From Nannocystis bainbridge (lineage in GTDB: Bacteria; Myxococcota_A; Polyangia; Nannocystales; Nannocystaceae), in contig NZ_JAQNDL010000001.1 in NCBI RefSeq assembly GCF_028368995.1, positions 2,752,001-2,816,000 of the forward strand: a stretch of DNA of 64,000 nt, written 5' to 3'. Shown here piece by piece: positions 8,231 to 21,129 of the stretch; position 1 is the stretch's first letter, and every line of letters starts with the position of its first letter. The notes under the pieces were generated by a model that was given only the letters and a program-made list of their open reading frames with translations, ran no database searches and was not told the origin of the DNA. The translations under genes were made by a program, and so were the position numbers.

Positions 8231-10774
8231 TCACTCCCAGTGGATCTCGACCAACTTCAGGGCGCCGCCCGGGTCGAGCTCCGACCACGCGGGGCCCTCG
8301 TAATACGTGAGGTAGTCGACGGCGCCGCCGGCCTGCGCGAGCTCGGGGTGGAGCAGCGCGTCCTGGATCGGCGGCGCGCCCTGCAGCGCGGGCGGCCGGT
8401 ACAGCTCGGCCGCCTCGGACCACGGTCCCTCGAGCTGCGGCGCGGTGCGCAGGACCACGACCGGTTCGTCGCGGTCGGCGTAGACCGCCACGAAGGCGCC
8501 GGCGTGGTCGCTCCAGTGCACGCTCATCGCCCCGGCGCCGGCGAACACGGCGCTCGCGCGGCGCGCCGAGGCCGACCAACCGGCGCCGGTGTAGTGGCGC
8601 CAGGCCCCGCGCTCCAGCGCGTGCGCCAGCGGGGCGCGCATCAAGTTGCAGGCGCCGCGCCGACCGCCACAGGTGAACGCGTACAGGTGATCGCCGACGC
8701 TGAGGGCCGCGGCGACGGGCAGCTCGTCGGCGCCGAACAGCAGGGTCGGCTCGGCGCTGCCTTCAGCGACCGCGGGGCGGACTGGCCGGCCGGCGAGGTC
8801 GTCGCGCCACACGGCGATCGAGCTGCCGACGTGCTGGTTGTCGGCGTTGTCCTCGAACTGGATGACCTTGCGGTAGAAGATCAGGACACGCTGGCGCGCG
8901 TGGTCGTGCACCATCGGACCTGGCCAGAGGGACACCCGCGGGCAATCGTAGCTGGCGAGGCACGCGCCGTCGTCGTACGCGAGCCCGTAGCGGGCCTCCC
9001 CGGCGGCGTACGGCAGGAATTCCGGGTCGACCGCGGCAGGGATCGCAAACGGGTGCAGGCCGTCGCGCGCGTCGAGGTCGTCCGTGACCGCGGCGGCCGT
9101 GACGTCCTGGCTCGGCGAGCCCACGTCGGTGGTGACGCGGAACCCCCACAGCGCCCGCGAGCCGAGGCCCACGCTGTGGCCGCCCTGCTCGACAGCGGGG
9201 CCCCCGTCCCGCAGCGGAAGGTCGCCCAGCGGGAGCGCCTCGGCCACCTGCAGCGCCGGCGGAACGCCGCAGCCCGCCAGCATCACGAGACATGTCCCAG
9301 CGAGCATGCCCGATCGGGCATGTCCTTTTCGCCATGCTTTTTTAAACATGTCCGAACAGCCCGCTGATGCGAGCCCCCGCTCGCGCAAGCCGGACGCCGG
9401 GCCGGCCGGCGCGGCGCCGTGACCCGACCTTTTGAACATGCCCGAACGAGCCGACGGGGTCGGCCGCTCGGCAGAGGCGGGCGGCGGCGTCGGTCCGCTC
9501 GGCTCGCCATTGCAATCTGTCCTTTCGCGCATGCCTGAACGAGCCGCCGAGCGGCGCCGCCGCCCGAGCCCGAGCAGACCGAGCAGCAGCAGCGCGGGGG
9601 CGCCCGGCTCGGTGCTGCGGCAGCCGCAGCCCTCGGCGGCCAGGCAGGTGGCGGGCGGCTGCCAGTCCGAGTCGACGGGGACGAAGTTGAGCGGCGTGAC
9701 CTCGCGGGTGCCCGCCCACGAGAACTCGAGGCTGGCCGACATATCGCCGAGGCTGCCGCGCAGCACCAGCTCGCGCGGGCCCTCGCGCTCCTCCGGCGCG
9801 ACGCAGTCGTCGGCGAGCACGATCTGCTCGGGCTGCGTGAGCTCCGGAATGTACGCGATGTCGCCACCGGCCACCGACCACGTGACCGGCAGGCCGAACA
9901 CCAGGTCGTCGCCGGCGTCGCGCGCGACGGCGCGGGCCCCGAACGGCACCGAGGTGCGGCCGATGAGCGGCGCGTCCGAGTCCTCGAGCACGAGATAAGC
10001 GCCGGCCAGCTCGAGCGAGGTGACGGTGTCCGCCGCCACCCCGGTGATCCGCGCGAGCGGCCAGCTGTGACCGGCGAAGTTGAAGGTCGCCTCGGCCTCG
10101 GTGCCCTCGAAGGTGACGATCGCGAGGTGCTCGCTCGGGTAGGTGATCGGCGGCCGCCCGCGCGTGGTCGTCCAGGTGACTTCGGCCGGCTCGGACTGGC
10201 GGGCGACGACGTGACGGGTGCCGCGCTCGAACAGGTTGACGCCGACCTCGAGCTGCTGGCCGGCGACCAGCTTGAGCTCGCGCGGCAGCGACTCGAGCCA
10301 GTCGGCGCCGAAGGTGGTGACGATCGGGTTGTCGCGCACCGCGTGTCGCATGACCATGCCGTCGAGCCAGGGCGCGGCGCGAGCCTCGACCTCGGCGGGG
10401 TCGACCACGCGCATCGTCACGCGATCGGGCGGCTGCCCCGGGGCGCCGCAGGTCGCGTCGACGGTCCACACCACCTCGCCGGGCGCCGCGGCGACGAAGC
10501 AGCCCCCGTCGGCCGTGACGGGGCCGCTGGCGTGCACGCCCGCGTCGTCGCAGGTGGCCGCGTCGGGGCAGGCGTCGCACGCGAGCTGCGGGCAGATCCG
10601 CGTGCCCGTGAGCACCAGGTACGGCGCCTCCCAGTAGGTGTCCGCGAGGTAATCACCGCGCAGATCGAGGTCGTCGACCGAAAGGCGAAAGTCACCGCGC
10701 TCGCTGATCATCTCGGGCGGATCGCAGGCCGTGAACACGACTGCACAGGATGCCATCAACCAGACACGTCCCAT
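8231..10774 (-). CDS. Composite ORF: N-terminal lipoprotein with internal MYXO-CTERM (10774 to about 9555) in frame with a DUF4185-like beta-propeller lipoprotein (9307-8231)
   Basis: Lipobox FTAC at the N-terminus; GCGCRS...LLLLGLLGLGRRRR in mid-ORF; second lipobox MLAGC; DUF4185-like motifs WPGP, WRHYTGAGW, MSVHWS, RTAPQLEGPWS, HPEL. Confidence 0.65.
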   Translation of the reverse strand: MGRVWLMASCAVVFTACDPPEMISERGDFRLSVDDLDLRGDYLADTYWEAPYLVLTGTRICPQLACDACPDAATCDDAGVHASGPVTADGGCFVAAAPGEVVWTVDATCGAPGQPPDRVTMRVVDPAEVEARAAPWLDGMVMRHAVRDNPIVTTFGADWLESLPRELKLVAGQQLEVGVNLFERGTRHVVARQSEPAEVTWTTTRGRPPITYPSEHLAIVTFEGTEAEATFNFAGHSWPLARITGVAADTVTSLELAGAYLVLEDSDAPLIGRTSVPFGARAVARDAGDDLVFGLPVTWSVAGGDIAYIPELTQPEQIVLADDCVAPEEREGPRELVLRGSLGDMSASLEFSWAGTREVTPLNFVPVDSDWQPPATCLAAEGCGCRSTEPGAPALLLLGLLGLGRRRRSAARSGMRERTDCNGEPSGPTPPPASAERPTPSARSGMFKRSGHGAAPAGPASGLRERGLASAGCSDMFKKAWRKGHARSGMLAGTCLVMLAGCGVPPALQVAEALPLGDLPLRDGGPAVEQGGHSVGLGSRALWGFRVTTDVGSPSQDVTAAAVTDDLDARDGLHPFAIPAAVDPEFLPYAAGEARYGLAYDDGACLASYDCPRVSLWPGPMVHDHARQRVLIFYRKVIQFEDNADNQHVGSSIAVWRDDLAGRPVRPAVAEGSAEPTLLFGADELPVAAALSVGDHLYAFTCGGRRGACNLMRAPLAHALERGAWRHYTGAGWSASARRASAVFAGAGAMSVHWSDHAGAFVAVYADRDEPVVVLRTAPQLEGPWSEAAELYRPPALQGAPPIQDALLHPELAQAGGAVDYLTYYEGPAWSELDPGGALKLVEIHWE
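9288..9352. repeat. Array of 14-bp TGTC-N6-GACA elements (5 cores)
   Basis: CATG at 9291, 9305, 9319, 9333 and 9347. Confidence 0.9.
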
Positions 10775-10921
10775 GTCACCACCATAACCGCACGACTCGC
10801 GGCTGTCGAAGCCTTACCGATGTTTTGCGGGCGTGGCGATTTGCCACACCGCGATCTTTCATTCACGACGCCGTGAACACGACGTCATGCAGCTCGACGA
10901 GGCGGCGAAGGTCTGGCGCGC

Positions 10922-14119
<3,198 letters not shown>

Positions 14120-14126
14120 GGCGACT

Positions 14127-15713
14127 CTACGTAGCGAGCAGTCGGAACAGATCGTCGAGGTCGATGGGCTTGACGAGGTGGGCCATGAAGCCGGCCTCGA
14201 GCGAGCGCCGGCGGTCCTCGGGCTGGCCGTAGCCGGTCATAGCGATCAGGCGCGTGCGCACGTCGGGCTCGGACTGGAGGATCTGGGCCACGCGATAGCC
14301 GTCGAGCCCGGGCAGGCTGATGTCGATGAGCGCGAGCTCGGGGTGGGCGGTCCGGATCCGCTCGAGCCCCTCGTGCCCGCTCTCGGCGACCTCGACGCGG
14401 TGCCCGAGCAGCTCGAGCTGGTCGGCGAGCGTGGCCCGGATGTCGGGGTTGTCGTCGACGATGAGGATGTGGCGCGAGAGGTCGGGCGCGACGACCTCGC
14501 GCGGCGGCGCGGCGGCGGTGACGGGGGCGCCGGCGCGGACCGGCAGGCGGATCACGAACTCGGACCCCTGCCCCTCGCCGCGGCTGTGCGCGGCCACGCT
14601 GCCGCCGTGGAGCTCGGCGAGCCGCTTGACCATCGCCAGGCCGACGGCGAAGCCGCCCTCGGCGCGGTCGCGGGCGCGATCGTTGTGGACGAAGAGCTCG
14701 AAGATCCGCGGCAGGACCTCGGGGCGGATCCCGCGGCCGTTGTCGCGGACGCGAAACTCGAGCTCGTCGCCGTCGCGCTCGACGGCGAGGGTGACGGTGC
14801 CGCCGGGGTCGGTGCAGCGGGCGGCGTTGTTGAACAGGTTGACCAGCATCTGGGCGACGCGGTCGGGGTCGGCGACCAGCTCGAGCCGGGCCTCGGGGAG
14901 CTGGACGTCGAGGCGGTGCTGGCGGGCGCTCAGCAGCGGCTGGCTCATCTGCGCCGCCTGCTGGATGACGGCGGCGACGTCGAGCGGCTGGTGGCGCAGC
15001 TCGATGGTGCCGGCGGTGTAGCGCGAGGCCTCGAGCAGGCCGTCGACGAGGCGCACGAGGTGCTGGACCTGGCGCTCCATGGCCTGACGCGCGCGCTCGA
15101 GCTGGAGGGTGCCGGGCTGGGCGCGGCGCAGGGTCTCGAGGGCGATGGCGATCGGCGTCAGCGGGTTGCGCAGCTCGTGGGCCATGACGGCCATGAATTC
15201 GTCCTTGCGCCGGTCGGCCTCGGCGAGCACCTGCGCGCGCGCCTCGAGCTCGGCGACGGCGAGGCGGCGCTCGGCGGCCTGGCGCTCGGCGGCCCGCAAT
15301 TGCTCGGCCTGGCGCCGGACCTCCTCGGTCTTGCGATAGAGGTCGGCGAACACCGCGACCTTCGAGCGCAAGATCTCGGGGACGATCGGCTTGAACAGGA
15401 AATCGACCGCGCCGAGGGCATAACCGCGGTGGACCTGGGTGTCGCTGCGGTTGAAGGCGGTGAGGAAGATGATCGGGATCCGCCGCGAGCGCTCACGACC
15501 GCGGATCATCGCGGCCGTCTCGAAGCCATCCATGTCCGGCATCTGGATGTCGAGGATGATGAGCGCGAAGTCCTGCTCGAGCAGGCACTTGAGGGCGTCG
15601 ACGCCCGAACGCGCCTTGACGAAGTGAGCCCCGATGTCCGACAGCAGAGCCTCGAGCGCGAGGAGGTTGTTCGGGTTGTCGTCGACCAGCAGGATGTCTA
15701 CGGGCGCTTCCAC
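14127..15713 (-). CDS. REC-HisKA-HATPase-REC hybrid kinase/response regulator
   Basis: ILLVDD...LDIQMPDMDG...FKP, AHELRNPL, DNGRGI and C-terminal REC (DISLPGLDG, KPI). Confidence 0.93.
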   Translation of the reverse strand: MEAPVDILLVDDNPNNLLALEALLSDIGAHFVKARSGVDALKCLLEQDFALIILDIQMPDMDGFETAAMIRGRERSRRIPIIFLTAFNRSDTQVHRGYALGAVDFLFKPIVPEILRSKVAVFADLYRKTEEVRRQAEQLRAAERQAAERRLAVAELEARAQVLAEADRRKDEFMAVMAHELRNPLTPIAIALETLRRAQPGTLQLERARQAMERQVQHLVRLVDGLLEASRYTAGTIELRHQPLDVAAVIQQAAQMSQPLLSARQHRLDVQLPEARLELVADPDRVAQMLVNLFNNAARCTDPGGTVTLAVERDGDELEFRVRDNGRGIRPEVLPRIFELFVHNDRARDRAEGGFAVGLAMVKRLAELHGGSVAAHSRGEGQGSEFVIRLPVRAGAPVTAAAPPREVVAPDLSRHILIVDDNPDIRATLADQLELLGHRVEVAESGHEGLERIRTAHPELALIDISLPGLDGYRVAQILQSEPDVRTRLIAMTGYGQPEDRRRSLEAGFMAHLVKPIDLDDLFRLLAT

Positions 15714-16000
15714 CGGGTGTGCTCCCCTCGTGAGAGCAGCCTATCGGTGTTCGTTCCAAGATGGCGGCTGCGGCTCCGCGGGGTCCTCACGCACACGCCC
15801 TGGTCAGCACGCACGACGGCCGCGAGTGCGGGGGTGGCGCGCTCCCCGCGGCGCGAGAGAATCACCGTTCCGTGGTGATACGACGATGTTCCGCGGCGCC
15901 GCGACGCAACCGGGGCACGCGGCGGTGCGGCCGCCGAGGGCGGTGCGACAGGGGCCGTAGGTCCGCGCTTGAACGGATCCTCCGGACCCCCACGCACGGG

Positions 16001-16873
16001 TCAGGCGGATCGGCTCGTGCCGCGGTTGACGAGGTAACCGAAGGCGGCCGCGGTGAAGAACATGATGAGGCTGTAGACCGCGGGCGGCACGGCCATGGCG
16101 GTGTTGTTGAGCAGGGTCGGCGCGCTGGCGATGGCGATCGCCAGGGTGCCGTTGTGGATCCCGATCTCCATGCCGATCGCCACCGCCTGGCGCTTGGGCA
16201 GGCGCACCACCACCGGCACGAGGTAGCCGACGGCCATGCTGACGAGGTTGAAGGCCAGCGCGGCCAGGCCGACCTGCTGGAAGTACTCGACGACGTGGGC
16301 CCGCTCCTTGGCCACGGTGGCGCCGATGACGGCCAGGAGGAACACGGCCGAGAGGATCTTGACCGGCTTCTCGAGCCGCGCGGCGAAGTCCTGCTTCTTG
16401 CTGCGCACGAGCATGCCGATGCCGACCGGCACGAGCACGATGGCGAACACCTGCACGACCTTGTCGAACTGCAGCGGCAAAACCCTGCCCTCGCCCATGA
16501 AGTGCACGAGCGAGTAGTTGACGATGAACGGCAAGGTCAGCAGCGACAGCACGCTGTTGACGGCGGTGAGGGTGACGTTGAGGGCCACGTCGCCCTTGGC
16601 GAGGTGGCTGAACAGGTTGGCCGTGGCGCCGCCCGGCGAGGCCGACAACAACATCAGGCCGACGGCGAGCGCCGGCGGGAGGTCGAAGCCGGTGGCGATG
16701 GCGAAGCACACCACCGGCAGCACGAGCATCTGACAGAAGAGGCCGACGAACACCGGCTTCGGCATCAGGACCACGCGCTTGAAGTCCTCGAGCGTGAGGC
16801 TGAGGCCGAGGCCCAACATGATGACGCCGAGCGCGATGGGCATCAAAACCGCGGTAAGAACACTGGACTCCAC
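16001..16873 (-). CDS. Bile acid:sodium symporter (BASS) family transporter
   Basis: MLGLGLSL, SPGGATANLFSHLAKGDVAL and MEIGIHNGTLA motifs; GGAGG RBS before the GTG at 16873. Confidence 0.92.
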   Translation of the reverse strand: MESSVLTAVLMPIALGVIMLGLGLSLTLEDFKRVVLMPKPVFVGLFCQMLVLPVVCFAIATGFDLPPALAVGLMLLSASPGGATANLFSHLAKGDVALNVTLTAVNSVLSLLTLPFIVNYSLVHFMGEGRVLPLQFDKVVQVFAIVLVPVGIGMLVRSKKQDFAARLEKPVKILSAVFLLAVIGATVAKERAHVVEYFQQVGLAALAFNLVSMAVGYLVPVVVRLPKRQAVAIGMEIGIHNGTLAIAIASAPTLLNNTAMAVPPAVYSLIMFFTAAAFGYLVNRGTSRSA

Positions 16874-16981
16874 GCGAGACCTCCGACGTTCGCACGATAC
16901 CCCGACGCCCACCCGCGCCCAAGCGGGGCACCCACGGGCCCACGAGCGGTCAGCGCGAGTCCGCGCGACCTCAGGGGTGGG

Positions 16982-17701
16982 TCAATCGAGACCCAAACGC
17001 TGCATGTCGTCCTCGTCGAGGCCGAAGTAGTGGCCGATCTCGTGGAGGATGGTGACCTCGACCTGCTCGCGCAGCTCGTCCTCATCGGCGAACATCGCCA
17101 GCAGGTTGGCGTAGTAGAGGACGATCCGGCTCGGGGCGGCGGCGGCCTCGAGGCCGCGCTGATGGAAGTGGTCGGGGCCCTCGAAAAGGCCCAGGGCGCG
17201 CGGGTCGAAGCCGTCCTGCACGAGGTACTTGGCCGGCCGGGCCTCGAGCACCACCGGGACGTTGCCGAGGCGACCCTTGAATTCTTCGGGCAGGTCCTCG
17301 AGGACAGCCTCGGCGACGCCGGCGATGAAGCGCTGGTCCTCCTTGGTGCCGATGCCGGCGCCGATGTCGTCGTGGGCGTCGAGCCGGAGGACCTCGAGGT
17401 AGTGGCGGATCATCTTCGGGCGCTCTTCCATGGCCTCGTGGACCTGGGCGAGCGCGTGGTGAGCGTCAGCGAACCGCGGGTTGCGCTCGAGGGCGCGGCG
17501 GAAGTGCGGCCCGGCGGCCTCGGGGCCCTCGAGCGTCCACACGAGGTCGCCGCGGAAGTAGTGGATCTCGGGGTGGTCGTGCCAGCCGGGACTGGCCTCG
17601 CCCAGCAGCTCCAGCGCTTCGGCGGGGTCGTCGGCGGCGACGTCGGCGACGTCGTCGAGGAAGGCGTGGAGGGCGGGATCTTCGGGCGGCCGGGACTTCA
17701 C
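16982..17701 (-). CDS. TPR-containing zinicin-like metallopeptidase
   Basis: TPR-like helices, LGLFEG, RIVLY and VTILHEIGHYFGLDEDDM; GTG start overlaps the upstream TGA (GTGA). Confidence 0.88.
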   Translation of the reverse strand: MKSRPPEDPALHAFLDDVADVAADDPAEALELLGEASPGWHDHPEIHYFRGDLVWTLEGPEAAGPHFRRALERNPRFADAHHALAQVHEAMEERPKMIRHYLEVLRLDAHDDIGAGIGTKEDQRFIAGVAEAVLEDLPEEFKGRLGNVPVVLEARPAKYLVQDGFDPRALGLFEGPDHFHQRGLEAAAAPSRIVLYYANLLAMFADEDELREQVEVTILHEIGHYFGLDEDDMQRLGLD

Positions 17702-19182
17702 GGGCGGGGCTCCAAGGCTGGCGGGGCGAGGACGGTGATCTTGGAGATGCGCTCGACGAAGGCGCCGCGCGAGGTGCCGCGCCCGAGCTCGAGGTCGCTG
17801 ACGTGCACGCCGTCGACCTTGAGCAGGGTCTCGCGCTCGCCGGCGGGGGCGCCGTCGGGACGGCCGGGGCACGGGACCAGGTACTCGGCGAACGAGTGGA
17901 TCGCCATCGGCACGCCGGCGTCGTCGCGGCCGAGGTACAGCATGATGTGCCCCGGGAAGTGCAGCAGGACCACGCCGCGCCGGTGGGCGGCGTCGATCCG
18001 GCGCAGCCGCTCGGGCTCGGGCAGATCGGGCGCGAGGTCCTCGGCGACGCCGGCCAGCGCCTGGTCGCTGGTGTGCCGCGGCAACACCAGGCCGAGGCCG
18101 CCGAACATGTCCATGAGGAAGCGCGAGCAGTCGCGGCCGCCGGCGTAGTCGCCCCAGCCGTAGGGCCGGTGGAGGAACGAGAAGGCCTCGGTCAGCACGG
18201 CCCGGCGGGTGAGCGGCCGCTCGGGGGCCGAGACCGCGGCGGCGTCGACGGGCCGGGTGACGACGCCGCCAGGGCCGGCCAGCAGGACCTCGCCGCGGCG
18301 CCCGGCGGTCGGGAGCAGGCTGGCGAATGGGACATGTATCTTCGGACCTGCCCGATTCGACATGTCCTCGAGGACATCGAAGTCGCGGGCGGCGCGGACG
18401 AACGGGCCGCCGGTGAAGCGGCGCACGTGCTCGGCGGCGATCGGCGGCGAGAGGGCGGCGGTGGCGAGGTCGATCCAGCCCATGACGTAGGGGGTGCGGG
18501 CGAGCGCGAGGCCGCCGTCCCAGGCGCGGAGGATCTGCACCGGCTCCTGCGCGCGGGCCATGCTGCACAGGTTGCGGTCGAAGGCGAGGTCGCGGCTCGG
18601 GGTGTAGTAGGGCTCGCGCTGGGGCGCGCAGCGGATCGGGATCAGGTCGAGGGCGACGCGCACCTCGGACGGCAGCTCGGCGAAGGCGCCGGCGTCGAGC
18701 ACGGGGGTGAGCGCTGCGACCTGCGCCGGGGCCATGGCGGCGCCGTCGGGGTTGACGTAGGCGGCCGCGACGAACTTGCCGCGCAGGTAACCGAGGCGGG
18801 TGTTGAGGTCGTCGGCGAGGCGCGCGGGGTCGACGGGCGCGAGCAGGTCGGCGCGGGCGCTGGCGCCGAAGACGTCGCGGCGGGCGATCCGGGCGTTGTG
18901 GGCGGCGAGCTCGCGGGCGCTGAAGAGCGGGCGGTCGAGGTCGGCGACGGCCGCGGTGCGCGTGAGCCAGTAGTCGAGCTGCTCGTGCTCGGGGCCGGTG
19001 CGCGGGAGCGGATCGACGGCGACGCCGTTCGCCGGGCAGGCAACTGCCGGGACGACGGGCTCGGGGGCGGACGCGGCGCTGGCCGGCGGCGGAGCCCGAG
19101 GTGCCGGCTCTGGCGGCGGGGCGCCACAGGCGAGCCCGAGGAGGCCGCCGAGGAGAGCACCGCGGGAGAAGGCGGACTGCAC
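17698..19182 (-). CDS. NlpC/P60 family lipoprotein with SH3-like domain (peptidoglycan endopeptidase)
   Basis: Lipobox GLAC; PYGWGD...RDCSRF, LPRHTSDQ, GHIMLYLG and AIHS motifs. Start is inferred. Confidence 0.85.
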   Translation of the reverse strand: MQSAFSRGALLGGLLGLACGAPPPEPAPRAPPPASAASAPEPVVPAVACPANGVAVDPLPRTGPEHEQLDYWLTRTAAVADLDRPLFSARELAAHNARIARRDVFGASARADLLAPVDPARLADDLNTRLGYLRGKFVAAAYVNPDGAAMAPAQVAALTPVLDAGAFAELPSEVRVALDLIPIRCAPQREPYYTPSRDLAFDRNLCSMARAQEPVQILRAWDGGLALARTPYVMGWIDLATAALSPPIAAEHVRRFTGGPFVRAARDFDVLEDMSNRAGPKIHVPFASLLPTAGRRGEVLLAGPGGVVTRPVDAAAVSAPERPLTRRAVLTEAFSFLHRPYGWGDYAGGRDCSRFLMDMFGGLGLVLPRHTSDQALAGVAEDLAPDLPEPERLRRIDAAHRRGVVLLHFPGHIMLYLGRDDAGVPMAIHSFAEYLVPCPGRPDGAPAGERETLLKVDGVHVSDLELGRGTSRGAFVERISKITVLAPPALEPRP

Positions 19183-19410
19183 GGGCCGCGGAGTGTACGC
19201 GAAGCGGCCGGACGAGGAGAAATTCGCGGCCGAGCGAGCACATGCGCGCGGGGCGGAGCACGCGATCGGCCGCCAGGGAGCCCGGCGCGCGAGGCGTGGG
19301 CGCGGCCGCGCGAGCGCGAGGGGGCGGGAAAAGCTGGTATGAGGTCGCTGGTGCGCTGCAGCGGGCGACCGGGCGCGAGAGGCGAAGCAGGCGGCTGCGG
19401 CAGGGCGGTC

Positions 19411-19550
19411 GGGCATGTCCTTCGGGATACGCGAGGGGTGAGGCCCGAAGAGAGGGTCTGGTCTTTCGCGCATGTCTCTTCGGACATGCGACGGAACGCG
19501 GCGGTGACGCGGGAGACCGAGGTGCGACCGCGTGTCTCTTCGGACATGCG
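19411..19550. repeat. About 60-bp spaced repeats carrying TGTC-N6-GACA in a divergent promoter region
   Basis: TGTCTCTTCGGACATGCG at 19473 and 19533, with a variant at 19414. Confidence 0.75.
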
Positions 19551-19694
19551 AAGGATCGCGGCGAAATTGAGCTGCAGGCTCTCGGGCGTGACGCGAGAGT
19601 ACGAGGCCGTGCTGTCGCGAGGTGATTGCTGGTCTTTCGGGTGTGTCGCTGCGGACATGGTCAGCCTCGTGGGCCGGTCGGCGGAGGCGCGCGC

Positions 19695-21110
19695 GTGAGG
19701 CTGTCCTCCGGGCGTGCGGCGCTGGCTCTGGCGCTGGTCTCCGGCTGCGCCGGGCGGCCGCCCGAGGAGCGCGGGCGCACCGAGGCGCGGCCGGGCGCGG
19801 GCTCCGGGCAGGTTGCTGCGGAACATGACTCATCGGACATGTCCGAACAGACAGCCTCGGTGACGGCACCCGGCGAAGGCATGAGCGGCCCGCGGCCTCT
19901 TGAAAAAGAGTCTGAAAGCACGGGTGCCGCGAGCGACGCGCAGGCTCCGTCGCAGGCAGGCTCGGAGGGCGCGGCGAGCAAGGCCCCTCCCCTGCCCTCG
20001 CCGGGGCCGATGCCGGCCGACTTTTTGAAATTTTCCCGGGCGTGCGAGCCGGGCGAGCGGATCGTGGTGGCGGCGGTCGGCGACCTGCTGCTGCACCACG
20101 AGCTGCAGATCCAGGCGACAGTGGCGACGAATCGGTTCCGCGTGCTGTGGGCCGGAGTCGAGGACCTGCTGGCGGCGGCCGATCTGACCTACGCCAACCT
20201 CGAGGTGCCGCTGGCGGCCGGGGTGCTGCGCTCGGGCGAAGAGGTCGCCGACCCGGGGCTGGTGTTCGACCGCAAGGTCTACACGGCGTATCCGCGGTTC
20301 AACGTCCACCCGTCGCTGGCGCTCGACCTGGTGGCGAGCGGCTTCGACGTGGTGTCGACCGCGAACAACCACGCGCTCGACCGCGGGGCGCTCGGGGTCG
20401 ACAAGACGCTGACGGCGCTCGGCGCGGCCAGGCTGCCGCACACGGGGACGCGCGCGCGCGGCGGGGCCGGGCCATGGCACGCGGTGACGAAGGCGGGCAA
20501 GTTCACGGTGGCGTGGCTGGCTTGCACGCTGCACACCAACCAGGTCGCCGACGAGGCGGGCCAGGTGCTGCGCTGCTTCGACTCGCCGACGGCGGTGGCC
20601 GAGATGGTGCGCGCGCTGGCGCGGACGCCGGGGATCGACGCGGTGATCGTGACGCCGCATTGGGGCAAGGAGTACGCGCCGACGGCGACGAAGCAGCAGA
20701 CGGAGTTCGCCCGCCGCTGGGCCGAGGCCGGCGCGACGGCGATCGTCGGCAACCACCCGCACGTGCTGCAGCCGTGGGAGTCGCTGACGACCGGCGACGG
20801 CCGCGAGGTGCTGGTCGCCTACTCGCTCGGCAACTTCGTCAGCCACCAGCCGGAGCTGCCCAAGCGCTCGACGGCGATCCTGTACTTCGGCCTCGGCCGG
20901 GCGGCGACGGGCCCGGCGTTCGTGACCGGGGCGGGCTATGTGCCGGTGCACGTGCGCCAGACGGGCGACGAGTTCTTCGCCGAGGCGATCGATCGCGTCG
21001 GCGGGCCGGCCGACAGCCGCGCGCACGTGGTCGCCAACTTCGGCGCGGCCAACCTGCTGGCCGCCGCGGCGCCGATCGAGGTGACGCCGCAGTGCCCACG
21101 ACGCGAGTGA
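19695..21110 (+). CDS. CapA/PGA_cap family metallophosphatase-fold lipoprotein
   Basis: GD, NLE, ANNHALD, PHWG, GNHPH and YSLGNF motifs; GGAGG RBS before GTG; lipobox VSGC. Confidence 0.9.
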   Translation: MRLSSGRAALALALVSGCAGRPPEERGRTEARPGAGSGQVAAEHDSSDMSEQTASVTAPGEGMSGPRPLEKESESTGAASDAQAPSQAGSEGAASKAPPLPSPGPMPADFLKFSRACEPGERIVVAAVGDLLLHHELQIQATVATNRFRVLWAGVEDLLAAADLTYANLEVPLAAGVLRSGEEVADPGLVFDRKVYTAYPRFNVHPSLALDLVASGFDVVSTANNHALDRGALGVDKTLTALGAARLPHTGTRARGGAGPWHAVTKAGKFTVAWLACTLHTNQVADEAGQVLRCFDSPTAVAEMVRALARTPGIDAVIVTPHWGKEYAPTATKQQTEFARRWAEAGATAIVGNHPHVLQPWESLTTGDGREVLVAYSLGNFVSHQPELPKRSTAILYFGLGRAATGPAFVTGAGYVPVHVRQTGDEFFAEAIDRVGGPADSRAHVVANFGAANLLAAAAPIEVTPQCPRRE

Positions 21111-21129
21111 GACCGAGCGCGCGGGCCCG

